A DNA stretch of 64,000 nt from an uncultured Acidobacteriota bacterium (GCA_963762925.1 CAVXMP010000022.1:101295-165294), one strand, 5' to 3'; shown: positions 20,623 through 32,500, numbered from the stretch's first letter. Notes: generated from the letters alone by a model not told the origin. Program-made: numbers and translations.

Positions 20623-21633
20623 TACTCCTTCGTCGGCCCCGCGCCGGTGCCGGCGCACACGTCCTTGACCGTGCCATCGTCGTTGACGCGCGCGGCCACT
20701 GCCTTCCATCCGCGCTCGATCACCGGCACCATGTCGTTTGCCGAGCCACCCGCGCGACACGCCGCGTGCCATCGCCGCAACGGTCATCGCCGTTACGGTG
20801 AGCTCGCGATAGCTTGCCGGCTCGTCGACGACCTGCCGCCAGGAGCCGTCATCCGATTGGTGCCTGACGAGCGCGCGTATGTGTTTGCGGTAGATGTCGA
20901 GCACGCGCGGACGATCCGACCAACTCTCCGGCAGGTAGGTGAGGGCCTCGGTGAGTCCCAGCAGCGCGAAGCCGTTGCCGCGTCCCCACGCATGCGGTCC
21001 GTCGAGGGCATGAATGAAGAGTCCGTCAGGGCGCTGGAGCTTCTCCGCGTAGGTCGTGAGGAGGCGGCCGACCGCCTGCGCGTAGCGATCGTCTTTGGTG
21101 CGCGCACCGACGCGCGCGAGAAGCGACGTGGCCATGAACATGTCGTCGGTCCAGTGACGCGGAAATTTGACGCTGTCGTTCCATTCCCCTGCGCAGATCG
21201 AGCGGCCGGTCGCGGGCGCCGTCGAGGAATCCGCGAGGATGAAATCGGCGGCCTTCTTGGCGAGCGCCGCCGCGTCGTCGTTGCCTTCGAGTTCGCCCAG
21301 ATCGGAGAACGCGAAGTGCCCTGCCAGGCTCGTCAACTGATACGGTTCGGCGATCGCGGGCTTGGCACTCGCGAGAAACGGCTGCATGTCGCGCCGCGGC
21401 TTGTCCTTCCACTTGTCGTCGCCGGTGAGCCGCGCGAGGCGAAGCGAACTCGACCAGGCGACGGCCGGGATGTAACTCATGATCGGGCTCTCGGGATAAC
21501 GCGTCGCCAGCACGCGCGCGATATCGAGAGGCGTGCGCTCGGCCGGCGCCGGTTGACGCGCGTCGACCGCCAAGCCGCAGATGACGCAGATGACGCAGAT
21601 GGCACAGATGGACCGTTGGATCGTGGTGAGCAT
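20529..21633 (-). CDS. glycosyl hydrolase family 88/105-like (unsaturated glucuronyl/rhamnogalacturonyl hydrolase); one frameshift ~20760
   Basis: ...RHWTDDMFMATSLLARVG...GLFIHALDGPHAWGRGNGFALLGLTEAL...HQSDDGSWRQVVDEPASYRELTVTAM, then a frame switch to ...VPVIERGWKAVAARVNDDGTVKDVCAGTGAGP...MIELKK (ORF 20529..20780). Confidence 0.7.
21577..21611. repeat. 9-nt tandem repeat (GCAGATGAC)n inside the GH88/105 signal-peptide codons
   Basis: gcagatgac gcagatgac gcagatggc acagatgg encodes ...SICAICVICVICG... on the minus strand. It is inverted relative to the array at 21785-21837. Confidence 0.85.
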
Positions 21634-21784
21634 CGATTACTCTTCCATGCGCTCGGGCGTATCGCACATGCGGGTTGACCGCGTTCGGAAATCATAGCCA
21701 GATGTTTTTCGTTCGAGCTGACCAAGGCCCTGTCCGACGCGCCCCGGCGTGTCGATGAGGACGATGTTAGCCAAGATTTAAAAC

Positions 21785-21837
21785 GTCATCTGCGTCATCT
21801 GCGTCATCTGCGGCTCTTTATCTGCGTTCATCGGCGG
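21785..21837. repeat. 9-nt tandem repeat (GTCATCTGC)n
   Basis: gtcatctgc gtcatctgc gtcatctgc ggctcttta tctgcgttcatcggcgg. It overlaps the last codons and the stop of the aconitase-family gene (AADERR*). Confidence 0.85.
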
Positions 21838-23877
21838 CTACAGGCCCGTACCGCTCCGCGTCCCACTCGATGCCGAGTTCGCTCGGCGGCGCCATGTAGC
21901 CGAGCAGCGCTGAGGCCGCCACGACCGAGGGACTGGCGAGAAAACCCTCGCCGCCGTATCCCATCCGGTTCTGCCAGTTTCGATTGAACGAGGTGATCGC
22001 CCGCTCGCCCTTTTCGAGTGCGTCTGGACCCTGGCCGAAACAGGGGCCGCACCAGGAGCGGCGAATCTCGCCGCCTGCCGCGCGAAACACGTCAGCGATC
22101 GATTCGCCACCGAGGCGCGGATCGGGCCGCTCAATCTGCAGCTTGACCCCTCCCGATCCCGGGAACACGACCAGCTCTTTCACCGCTTTGTTGATTCCCT
22201 GTTTACGAGCCGCCACGAGCACCAGCGCCGCCGACAACAGGTCGTCGTAACTCCCGTTGGTGCACGAACCGATCATCGCTTTGTCGAACGTGATCCGCTC
22301 GCGCGCGACTTCGTCGGCCGGAAACGCATTACCAGGGCTGAACGGCTTCGCGATCATGGCCGTGACTTCGCCGAGCGCCAGCTCCTCGTCGATCTCGAAC
22401 ACCGCGTCCTCTCCGCATGCAATCCGCGGGTACGGCAAATCGGTGATGCCTTTCGAGCGGTACCAGTGCGTAGGTCATCGTCATCCGCCGCGAAGATGCC
22501 GTTGAGCGCCTCCGCCTCGGCCATCATGTTGGCAATCGTGTTGCGGTAGGCGATCGGCAATTGCTTGTCGCCGTCGACGAGCTCCACCGACATGCCTTGA
22601 GACTGCTGCGCGCCCCAGCGGCGCAGGAGCTCGAGGACGATGTCCTTCCCCGTCACCCAGGGCCGCAACCGTCCCGTGAAGCGCACGCGGCGTTGCCGCG
22701 TCATCGTGAAGTAGATGTAGCCGGTCGACCAGCCGAATCCGAGTGTCGTCGATCCGACGCCCATGCCGACCGCGCCGTACGCGCCGTAGGCGCGCGAGTG
22801 CGAATCCGCGCCAGGGATGAACTGACCGGGAAAGACCAGGCCCTGCTCAGGAAAATAAAAATGGAAAATGCCGTCGCCTGGCGTCGCGTAATACGGCTTG
22901 CGGATCTCGTGCTGCTCCGCGAACTGGTGGCCGATGAGCGTCTGCTTGTCGTCGTCTTCCTTGCCGGTGAACACGAAATGATCGTTGGCGACCGCCGCAT
23001 GTCGCGGATAGATGGCGTCACCGCCGGTGATCTGGTTGAACGTGTGGATGGCGAACGGTGCGGTGCCGTCGGATCCGGGCAGGAGGTCGGCGTACACGCG
23101 CACCGTGGCGCCGGGTTTGAGTGCCGCATCCTTGTCGACGCGGTGGGCCCAGATGATCTGTTCGGTTGTCGACATGCGCCGTGCGAGGTCTTCGCCGGCC
23201 CAGGTGATCTGCGGCGTGCGTTCGGTCGCGGAGCGGAACTCGCGGCGTCCGGTGGCAAAGATGCCGCCGCTCTTGCGAAGTTCGTCTTCCTTGTCCGTCA
23301 GCCGGACGGGGTCGTAGGTCTTGCCTTGCGTCACATTGGTGATGCGGCGCGAAATCGGCTCGAAGGTGAATTCGTCGCCGTCACGGGCATCGGCGACGGC
23401 TTCTGGACTCTGCACCACGTGAAGGCCAAGGTTGAGGGCGTTGCGGCGGAAGATGTCGCCCATGTTGTTGGCGCAGATGATCACCATCTCCAAGCCAACT
23501 TCTTCGGCAATCGCCTTGAGGCCGGCAGGAGACATCTCGCGTGACGACCCAATCGCAAACCGATCACCTGCGATCACAAACGTCTCGCCGGCGTGCACGC
23601 GGGCGCGGAAATCCGGCATCAAATAGCGAAACGCACCCGCCTTCCAGCGCTCGTCCAACGTGGCGAGGCTCTCGGAGACACAATCGGTCGCGGGCGTAAT
23701 CTGATCGGTGTCGATCGCATCCAGCTTCTTGTCCGGTTGCCGGGGATCCCAGAAAATCAACGCACGGCCACGCACCACACGACCACTGGTGGGATCGACA
23801 AGATCGCTCGGCCGCGGACCCGGCAAGTCGGCCGCCCTGATGCCAGGCTTCAAGACTGCGGGTGCGGCGATCTGCAT
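21818..23877 (-). CDS. aconitase-family dehydratase with N-terminal LeuD-like swivel domain fused to LeuC-like catalytic domains; one frameshift ~22440-22470
   Basis: N-terminus: DAIDTDQITPA...FVIAGDRFAIGSSREMSPAGLK...ICANNMGDIFRRNALNLGL (LeuD-like). Then PGADSHS, GSCTNGS and CGPCFGQG, the Fe-S ligand motifs of LeuC/aconitase. The pieces are ORFs 22354..23877 and 21818..22438. Confidence 0.8.
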
Positions 23878-23907
23878 ATCAGATCGATCATAGCAGGCGA
23901 CTCCGGA

Positions 23908-24043
23908 CCTGGATCCCTGACCCCTGACTCCTGAGTCCTGAGTGCCCTGATCCGTCCCGATCCCTGATCGCTGATCGCCTGATCCCTGATCCCGATCCCT
24001 GATCCCTGATCCCTGACACCTGACACCTGACCGCTGATACCTG
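23908..24043. repeat. 8-nt tandem repeat array (CCTGAYMC)n, about 16 units
   Basis: cctggatc cctgaccc ctgactc ctgagtc ctgagtgc cctgatcc ... cctgatcc ctgacac ctgacac ctgaccg ctgatac ctg. It fills the divergent promoter region between 23877 (minus-strand start) and 24070 (plus-strand start). Confidence 0.9.
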
Positions 24044-24069
24044 CTAAAGTCTGCCGACCAGGAGGGATC

Positions 24070-25678
24070 ATGCTGGGCAAGAAGCTACTCGCCGTGTTCG
24101 TGGTGTCGGCCATCGCCGCGTCAACGACCATCGCGCAGGAGAAGATCGACAACGACATCGAGTGGAAGATCCGTCGCGAAGCGACGGAGCACTCGCAGAT
24201 CCTCAACACGCTGCACATGCTCACCGACGTGCTACGGGCCGCGCCTGACCGGGTCGCCGAACGCCGAAGGCCGCGGGAATGGGTCGTCCAGCGCACCACC
24301 GAATGGGGCCTGAAGAACGCCCATCTCGAACCCTGGGAGTTCGGTCATCCGGGCTGGCTCAACGAGCGGACCGTCCGCATTCATCACGACCCGGTCAAGG
24401 ACTCGCTCGTCGTCGAGGCGCTGGCGTGGACGCCCGGCACCAACGGGACGGTCACGGCGCCGGTGATCCAGCTCGAGTCCCCGGCGCGCGTGACGAAGGA
24501 ACAGCTGACCGCATTCTTCGACGGCGAACCGCGCGAAAGTGAAAGGCAAGATCGTCATGGTCGGCGCGCCCACCAAGGTGGCCGGTGACGCATCGTCCAG
24601 CCGTCGATGCGCCGCGACGATGCCGAGTTGCGGACGCAGTTCGATCCCACGACCGGCGCCGGCGCAGGGTGGACCGCCGGCCGCGGCAACCGCCGCCGGC
24701 CGCCGCCGGACCGGAATCTTGTACCGGCCAACCAGGTCGCGGAGCAGCTCGATCAGTTCCTCGTCTCCGCCGGCGCCGTCGCGCGCGTCAACGATGCCGG
24801 CCGCGATCACGGCCAGATTCGAGCGTTCAACAACCGCACGTTCGACGTCGCGAAGGCGGTGCCGACGGTGGTGCTGCGCAACGAAGACTACGGTCGCCTC
24901 TCGCGCCTGCGTGGCCGACGGCTCCGAGGTGGAACTCGAACTGAACATCGTCAATCGCACCTACCCGGAGGGGCGCACGTCCTACAACGTGGTGGCGGAG
25001 ATTCCGGGCACCGACAAGGCGCAGGAAGTGGTGATGCTCGGCGGCCACCTCGATTCGTGGCACGCGGCAACCGGTGCGACCGACAACGCGATTGGCTGCG
25101 CGACGATGCTCGAAGCCGATTCGCATTCTGCAGGCGATTGGCGTGAAGCCGCGCCGCACGATCCGCGTGGCGCTGTGGAGCGGCGAAGAACAGGGGCTGC
25201 TCGGATCGCAGGCCTACGTGAAGGAACACTTCGGCATGGTCGAGAATCCGAAGCCGGAGCACGCGAACTTCGCCGGCTATTTCAACATCGACTCCGGCAC
25301 CGGCCGCGCGCGCGGCATGACCGTTTTCGGCCCGCCCGAAGCGGCCGCCGCGATCCTGCGCGAGGCACGCGACCGTTCGCGGACAACGGCGTGATGGGCG
25401 CGACGAGCACGCTCAGCCGCCGGCGCGGCGGGTCCGATCACACGTCGTTCAACGAAGCCGGGCTGCCAGGCATCGGCGTGCAGCAGGATCCGATCGAATA
25501 CGGCACCTACACCTGGCACACCAACCTCGACACCTACGAGCGCGTGATCGAAACCGACGCGCAGCAATCGGCGATGGCGATTGCCGCCGCGGTGTATCAC
25601 CTCGCGATGCGCGACGAGAAGTTGCCGCGGCTGACGAAGGAGCAGATGCCGGCGTTACCCGCGACGAGCACACAATAA
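24070..25678 (+). pseudogene. M28 family aminopeptidase with PA domain; at least 6 frame switches (pseudogene or uncorrected indels)
   Basis: RBS aggaggg and signal peptide MLGKKLLAVFVVSAIAASTTIAQ. Fragments in three frames: ...YGPRLTGSPN.., ..KGKIVMVG.., ..[39 protein letters not shown].., ..[20 protein letters not shown].., ..GGSDHTSFNEAGLPGI... Confidence 0.8.
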
Positions 25679-25680
25679 CG

Positions 25681-25806
25681 CAGTTTCCAGTTGTCAGTTT
25701 CCAGTTCAAAGTTCAGTTCCCAGTTGGTCGGCCCATGGTTGATCGTTGAACACGGCATGCGGCACCGGGCAGTCAACTTTGAACTGGGAACTGGGAACTG
25801 GAAACT
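25681..25806. repeat. inverted pair of 8-nt repeat arrays (CAGTTYCC)n around a 46-nt core
   Basis: Left arm 25681-25727: cagtttccagttgtcagtttccagttcaaagttcagttcccagttgg. Right arm 25774-25806: caactttgaactgggaactgggaactggaaact, an imperfect reverse complement. It lies between the M28 stop and the MATE start. Confidence 0.85.
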
Positions 25807-25818
25807 AATATCGAGGCG

Positions 25819-27169
25819 ATGTTCCGCGAGGAGTTAAAACCGATGCTCCGGTTAGCGGGCCCGGTGATTGCCGCCGAGCTCGGATGGATGGGCATGGGTG
25901 TCGTCGACACGATCATGGTGGGGCCGCTCGGTCCTGCCGCGATCGGCGCGGTTGGAGTCGGCAACTCAATGCATTTCGCCCTGGCGATCTTCGGCATGGG
26001 GTTGTTTCTCGGCCTCGACATGCTGGTTTCGCAGGCGCTCGGCGCGGGAGAGATCGACGAGTGCGCGCGATGGCTCAAACGCGGGGCCTTCCTGGCGGGG
26101 GTGCTGAGCGCGCCGTTCATCTTGATCGGATTCGCCGTGCTATACGCGATTCCGGTTCTCGGTTTCCACCCGCAAGTCACGCCGCTTCTCACGTCTGTAC
26201 TTCGGCGTGATGCTGTGGAGCACGCCGTTTCTGCTCTTCTACGCAGCCTTCCGCCGTTTTCTGCTCGGCATGCACAATCCCAAACCGGTGATGGTGGCCC
26301 TGGTGAGCGCCAACGTCGTCAACGCGGTCGCCAACTGGGCGTTGATCTATGGAAACGCGGGATTCCCGGCGCTTGGCGTGGCCGGTTCGGCGTGGGCGAC
26401 GCTGGTATCGCGCTTCTACATGGCGGCGGTCCTGCTGCTCACGGTCATGCGCCAGCCGCAAGCGCCGGGAGCATGGTTCGATCGAGCGGCGATGTGGCGA
26501 CTGCTGGCGCTCGGCTTTCCCGCCGCGTCGCAGATCACGTTGGAGGTTGGCGTCTTTGCGGCGGCATCGGCGCTTGCCGGACAGCTGTCACCGATCGCGG
26601 TGGCATCACATCAGATTGCGCTCAACATCATCGCGGTTGCATTCATGATCCCGCTCGGGTTCTCGTCGGCCGCCGCCGTGCGTGTCGGCCATGCGGTCGG
26701 CGCAGGCGACGCACGCCGTGCCGCCGCCGCCGGATGGATGGCGATCCTGCTCGGCGTCGGGTTCATGGGGTTCACCGCGATTCTTTTCCTGGTGATGCCA
26801 CACGCGCTCATCGGACTTTTCTCGCGAGAGCAGGACGTGCTCGCCCTCGGCTCATCGCTCCTGCTGGTCGCCGCCGTCTTTCAATTATTCGACGGCCTGC
26901 AGGGCGTTACGACCGGCGCGCTCCGAGGGCTCGGCGACACCCAGACGCCGATGATCACCAACCTCGCGGGTCATTGGTTTTTCGGCCTGCCCGTGGGTTA
27001 CACGTTGTGCTTCGTGCTTGGTTTCGGCGTCCTCGGACTCTGGATCGGCCTGTCGGTTGGACTCATCGTCGTCGGCGTTATCCTACTCGGCGTCTGGACA
27101 CGAAAAATGCGCGCCTTCGCCGCTACACACGCGACCCAATTGCAACCCGCTGCACACGCATCTGTGTAA
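25819..27169 (+). CDS. MATE family efflux transporter; one frameshift ~26190-26210
   Basis: MFREELKPMLRLAGPVIAAELGWMGMGVVDTIMVGPLGPAAIGAVGVG... joins ORF 26207..27169 (...PKPVMVALVSANVVNAVANWALIYG...QLFDGLQGVTTGALRGLGDTQTPM...). About 12 hydrophobic segments. Confidence 0.85.
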
Positions 27170-27171
27170 TC

Positions 27172-27227
27172 GCTGATACCTCATCGCGGCCCACGCTCAC
27201 ATGTCTTCCTGATACCTGATATGATCC
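27172..27227. repeat. CCTGATAC-type repeat units at the truncated end of the IS481 remnant
   Basis: gctgatacc (27172-27180) and cctgatacctgatatgatcc (27208-27227). The second block encodes the non-homologous tail of the transposase ORF. Confidence 0.65.
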
Positions 27228-27873
27228 CGGTCGAGGCAAAGGGTGCCCCATTGTCGCTGCGGATCGCATCCGGCAGACCAACCGCTCTGAACAGCGTGCG
27301 AAACACCGGCTTCGCGCCCGCGACCGCCACCGAGCGGAGGCCGTGGCACACCAGCAGACTGCGGCTGAAGTGATCCGTGACGGTCAGGGGATAACAGTAG
27401 CAACCATCACCGGTTCTGAACTGCCCTTTGAAATCCACGGGCCACACCTGGTTCGGGCGCTCGGTGTGGAGCGGGGTCACGCCGGGGTGCGTCCACTTCC
27501 GTCGGCGTCGATTCTTGTGGAGCAACGCGTGCCGATCGAGGATCTCATTGAAGGTACTCCGCGCCGGCCAGGGCCGTGTCGGATACCGCGTGCGGAGCAC
27601 CTGCCGGAGCTTCTTGGCGCCCCAGCCGTACTACTGGCGCGCCGCGACAATCAGCGCCTCGACATCAGCGCCTGTCCGGTGGGGACACTGATGCGGGGCG
27701 TGGCTGCGGTCGGCGAAGCCCCCGCCGCCCTTCCGACGCGCCAGCCATTTATAGCCCGTCGGTCGGCTCACGCCGTACCGCTCGCAGAGCTCGGTCATCG
27801 ACCAGTGGCCGCTCTCACAGTCGCGCACAAAGCGAGCCCGTTCATTCAACAGATTCGTTTCCATCCAAGGCAT
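27181..27873 (-). mobile_element. IS481-family transposase remnant: HTH plus partial DDE integrase core, frameshifted (~27610) and 3'-truncated
   Basis: ORF 27631..27873 has the HTH (WSMTELCERYGVSRPTGYKWLARR). ORF 27181..27600 has NQVWPVDFKGQF...YPLTVTDHFSR...IRSDNGAPFAST, then breaks off before the catalytic E. The last 14 codons are encoded by a CCTGATAC-type repeat. Confidence 0.75.
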
Positions 27874-27932
27874 CTCCTTGGTGTAAACGATCCTGCCGGA
27901 CTTGTGTCACCCATCAACCCGGTCTATACCTA

Positions 27933-27980
27933 CCTGGCACCTGACACCTGACCCCTGACACCCTGACACCCTGACACCTG
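27933..27980. repeat. 8-nt tandem repeat (CCTGACAC)n, about 6 units
   Basis: cctggcac ctgacac ctgacc cctgacac cctgacac cctgacac ctg, followed directly by the ATG at 27981. The orientation matches 27172-27227 and 23908-24043. Confidence 0.9.
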
Positions 27981-28874
27981 ATGATCAACGATTCCCACGT
28001 CCACTTCTTCTCGCCGCATTTCTTCGACACGCTGGGCGAGCAAAAGGGCTTGCCGGCCGAGGGCCGCGCCGCGCACGTCGTCCAGACGCTCGGCTGGGAA
28101 GATGCGGCATCCGCCGAGACGCTTGCCGACCGATGGGTCGGAGAGCTCGACCGTCACGGCGTCAATCGCGCCGCTCTCATCGCCAGCGTGCCGGGAGACG
28201 AGGCGTCGGTCGCCGCGGCGGTCGCGCGATATCCGGCGCGGTTTGTCGGGTTTTTCATGCTGGATCCGACTAAAGACGACGCCCTCGATCGCTTGAAGGT
28301 CGCGCTGGACGCGGGGTTGCGCGCTGTGTGCCTCTTCCCGGCGATGCACCGCTATTCGGTCCACGATCCACGTGCGGTGGCCGCGTTCGAGCGCGTGGCG
28401 GTCCGCCAGGGTGCGGCAGTCTTCGTCCACTGCGGTGTGCTGTCGGTGGGCGCGCGCAAGAAGCTCGGGCTGCCAAGCGCCTTCGACATTCGCTTTGGCA
28501 ATCCACTCGACTTGCACGCCTCGGCCTTGCGGTTTCCGGCGCTTCCGCTGATCGTGCCGCACTTCGGCGCCGGCCTCCTGCGCGAAGCACTGATGCTCGC
28601 GGATATGTGCCCGAACGTGTACCTCGATACCTCGAGCTCGAATGCGTGGATTCGGTTTACGCCGGGCCTGACGTTGGAGGCAGTCTTCCGTTCGGCAGCC
28701 TCCGTCGTCGGTACAGGACGACTTCTTTTTGGCACCGACTCGTCGTTCTTTCCACGCGGATGGCAGCGGCCGATCTACGAAGAACAACTCAGCGCGATGC
28801 GCCGCGCCGGTCTGACTGAGCTGGAACAGCAGCAGATCCTTGGCGGGACCTTCGAGAAGCTCTTCCCGTTATGA
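27981..28874 (+). CDS. amidohydrolase-family (TIM-barrel metal-dependent hydrolase) protein
   Basis: Intact 297 aa ORF. MINDSHVHFF... is the N-terminal HxH metal motif typical of amidohydrolase_2 proteins. The ATG directly abuts repeat array 27933-27980 and no SD sequence is visible. Confidence 0.8.
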   Translation: MINDSHVHFFSPHFFDTLGEQKGLPAEGRAAHVVQTLGWEDAASAETLADRWVGELDRHGVNRAALIASVPGDEASVAAAVARYPARFVGFFMLDPTKDDALDRLKVALDAGLRAVCLFPAMHRYSVHDPRAVAAFERVAVRQGAAVFVHCGVLSVGARKKLGLPSAFDIRFGNPLDLHASALRFPALPLIVPHFGAGLLREALMLADMCPNVYLDTSSSNAWIRFTPGLTLEAVFRSAASVVGTGRLLFGTDSSFFPRGWQRPIYEEQLSAMRRAGLTELEQQQILGGTFEKLFPL

Positions 28875-28906
28875 GGCCCGTCCCTCATCTTGCATAGACC
28901 TGATCC

Positions 28907-29443
28907 GTGGCGGATGCGCTCTACAGGCCTGCGCGGCCCGCGCCAGCGTGGTGGAACGTCACCAAGACGATCCTCGAGATTCTCGCGTTCTGGTTTGTCT
29001 TTCTGATTGCGCTGCCGATTGGCATCTCGGTGATCGAAGTCGAGCTCGCCATGCAGCGTTTCCCCGGATACCCGATCGTCTCCTCGATTATGCTCGGCGT
29101 CTTCTCACTGTTGGGGTTGTGGGCGGCCCTCACACTTGCGATCGCCGGCCGCGGGACGCCGCTGCGCATGGATGAGGCGCGGCGTCTGGTCGTCACCGGA
29201 CCGTATGCCTTTGTACGCCACCCGCTCGCGATCGCCGCGCTCGGACAAGGCACGGCCCTCGTATTGGCGTTGGGGTCGTATCCAGTAATGGCCTACGTCT
29301 TCGCAGCTGGACTGTGGGTGTATTACTACTCGCGACCGCGCGAAGAACGGCACCTGCAGGAACGATTCGGTGATCGCTGGATGGAGTATCAGAAACACGT
29401 GCGCGCGTTTCGGCCGCGGCTGAAACCGTATCGACCGACGTAA
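28907..29443 (+). CDS. isoprenylcysteine carboxyl methyltransferase / phospholipid methyltransferase family membrane protein
   Basis: 178 aa with 4-5 hydrophobic helices. C-terminal signature LVVTGPYAFVRHPLAIA...REERHLQERFGDRWMEYQKHVRAF. Confidence 0.7.
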   Translation: MADALYRPARPAPAWWNVTKTILEILAFWFVFLIALPIGISVIEVELAMQRFPGYPIVSSIMLGVFSLLGLWAALTLAIAGRGTPLRMDEARRLVVTGPYAFVRHPLAIAALGQGTALVLALGSYPVMAYVFAAGLWVYYYSRPREERHLQERFGDRWMEYQKHVRAFRPRLKPYRPT

Positions 29444-29463
29444 CGGCTTAGGGCGTGCGACTC

Positions 29464-29490
29464 GGGGCTTGGGGGAACGCTTCAAGCCCC
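29464..29490. terminator. hairpin between convergent genes (possible bidirectional terminator)
   Basis: ggggcttg (29464-29471) pairs with caagcccc (29483-29490), giving an 8 bp stem and an 11 nt loop. It lies 21 nt after the 28907..29443 stop and is followed by CAAGCCCC-type repeats up to the stop of the converging gene. There is no clear U-tract. Confidence 0.3.
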
Positions 29491-29524
29491 AAGGCTCAAG
29501 TCTCAAGCCCCACGCCTCAAGCCT

Positions 29525-32500
29525 TTACTGTGTTGGTGGCCGGAACACCGCGGCCACCACATCCTTCGCCAGTCCCGCCAGCTTCGCCATCGCGGCGTTG
29601 GCTTCCGCCGCCACCTTTGGCCAGAGGGCTTCGAGTTCCTGCTTCTGCCGCATCTGTACCTCTGTCGGCAGAGACGTCGAGCTCATCATGCCGCCTTTGA
29701 GCTGACCGATGCGGCCACGGACGTTCTGATTGCCGCCACCGAAGCCGCCTCCACCACCCTGGCCCCCGCCGCCGAGTCCGAGGCGAACACGCACGGCTTC
29801 GAGCTCTTTGCGAACGCTTTCGAGCTGCGTTTTAAGCGCGGGCGGAAGCGTTTGACCCTTCGCCTGCTGCTCGATCGATTGGAAGCGCGTCCATGCCTCG
29901 TTGACCTGGTCGGCGACCTCGTTGGCCTTCTCCTGTAGCTGATGAAGCGCGATCGTCGTGTCATGCCACGTGCGGCGATCCGTTTCCGTGATTTGAATCG
30001 CCGGATCGCCCGTGACCATGACGTTGACGACATTTGCCTCGCGCCCGTCGGCGCTGATGGTCGCCCGATAGGTGCCAGGCAGTACGAAGGGCCCGTTGGT
30101 GCCGCCGCCACCGAAGCCGCCGCCACCTCCGCCCGGCGCCCCCGGCGGTTGATTGCGCAGCGGCGCAATCGGGCGATGGCGCAGATCCCACTGCACGATG
30201 TTGAGTCCGGCCTTGTTGCGATCCTTGGTCGCGTCCCCCGTCAGCTCGCGCACCACGGTGTTCGACGCGTCGCGAATCGTGACTTTGACGTCTTTGGCCC
30301 CGGAGCGCAGCCGGTAGAACAACGCAGCGCCAGGTTGCGGATTCGGTCCGAGGAAGACCCGATCGCCTTCGAAGTTCTTCATCTGATCGTTGGCCTGATT
30401 GAACGCGACGGCAGGCGTCGGTTCGAAGACGAACGCGTCATTCGTCTCCGCTTTGCTCCACTGCTGGAACGCCGAGAGATCATCAAGAATCCACAGCCCG
30501 CGACCGTGCGTCGCCAGGATCATGTCGTTGTCCCGTGGGTGAAGCGTGATCTCGTAGATCGGCACCGTCGGCAAGTTGGCTTTGACGCGGGTCCACTGCT
30601 TGCCGCGATTGGTCGACACCCACAACGCGGTTTCGGTCCCGATGTAGAGCACATCGCCGTTCTTCACATCCTCGGCGATGGTGCGAACGACCTCGCCTTT
30701 CGGAAGGTTGCTGGCAATCGACTGCCACGAATTGCCGAAGTCCGTCGTCACGAATGCATAGGTGTTGAAATCGCCTCCGCGGTGGCCATCGAATGTCACA
30801 TACGCGGTTCCCTCGGCAAAGCGTGAAGGCGCGACGTCGGAGACGTACGTCCATTTCGGGACCCCCGGAACCTTCGCCGTGGCGTTGGTCCAGTTGGCCC
30901 CGGCGTCGCGGGAGACGCTGACCACACCATCATCAGATCCGGTCCAGAGGAGCCCTGCCTTGATCGGCGATTCCGCGACCGTCACGAGATTGCCGAACGA
31001 CGTGACACCGTCGTGCTTGGCGATCTTGATGTCTTCGTCACCGAGTCCCATGATGGCCAACCGGTTGCGATTGGTGTCAGTCGTGAGGTCGCCGCTGATC
31101 GCTTTCCACGAGTGTCCGCGATCGGTCGACTTGAAGAGGCGATTCGCGCCGACGTAGATCGTGGCTGGATCGTGCGGGGACATGTGCATGGCCGTGTCCC
31201 AGTTCCAGCGCAGCGCCGGCTCACCTTCTGCCGGCTCGGGCCGAACCGTTTTCCGCTCGTTGGTGACTCGATCCACTCGGCTCATGCGGCCGTCTTGCGA
31301 CTCGCCGTAGACGATGCGAGCGTCGGTCGGATCCTGCAGCGGCTGGAACCCGTCACCGCCGCTGATCACATACCAATCGTCGTTGTTGATGCCGCTGTTG
31401 GTGCGAACCGCGCTCGGACCACACCACGTGTTGTTGTCCTGCAGGCCGGCGCAGACGTGATACGGCGTCTGCATGTCGTAGCTCACGTGGTACGCCTGCG
31501 CCAATGGCAGATTGTTCATCCACACCCACGTCGCCGCGCGGTCGTGCGAGATGCTCACGCCGCCGTCGTTGCCGATGAGCACCAGGTTGGGATTATTCGG
31601 ATCGATCCACATCGCGTGGTGATCGACATGGATGTTGCGCGCGCCGTCATCGCGGAACGTTCGGCCGCCGTCGTCGGACACGTGCAGCGAGACACCGAGC
31701 ACATAAATCCGCGAGTCCGTCTTCGGATCGATGCGCACCTGGCTGAAATACATCGGCCGCGGATTCGTGGTGCTCATCTTGCGCCAATTGGCTCCGCCGT
31801 CATCGGAGCGATACAAGCCGCTCTCCGTTTCGTGCTCGACGCGTGCGTAAAGCACGTTCGGGTTGGCACGCCACACGTCCATGCCAATTCGGCCTTTGGG
31901 ACCCGCCGGGAGGCCATTGTCGATCCTGGTCCAGGTCTGACCCGCGTCGGTCGACTTCCAGATGCCGCTGCCGACACCGCCGCCGTTCATGCCCCACTGC
32001 GCGCGCCGGCGCTGATAGGTAGCGGCGTAGAGCACCTTGTTGTTGGAAGGATCCATCACGAGCTCCGTCGCGCCTGTTTCGGCGTCCACCGTCAAGCTCT
32101 GCTTCCATGTCTGGCCGCCGTCTGTCGTTTTGTAGACGCCACGATCGCCGCCGGACGCCCACAGATTGCCCAGCGATGCGACATAGACCACATCAAAATC
32201 GACAGGGTCGACGATGATCCGCGAAATGGCGGTGCTGTTGCGCAGGCCCATGTTGCGCCACGACTTGCCGCCGTCGGTCGACTTGAAGACGCCGTCGCCC
32301 CACGACGAGCTTTGGCGGTTGTTGTTCTCGCCGGTGCCGACCCACACCAGGTTGGGATCGGTTGGTGCGATGGCGATATCGCCGATCGACGCGGTGGACT
32401 CGTTGTCGAACACTGGCGTGAACGTGGTGCCGTTGTTCACCGTCTTCCAAACCCCGCCCGTGGCAGCGCCGACATAAAACACAGCCGGGTTGCTTTCGAG

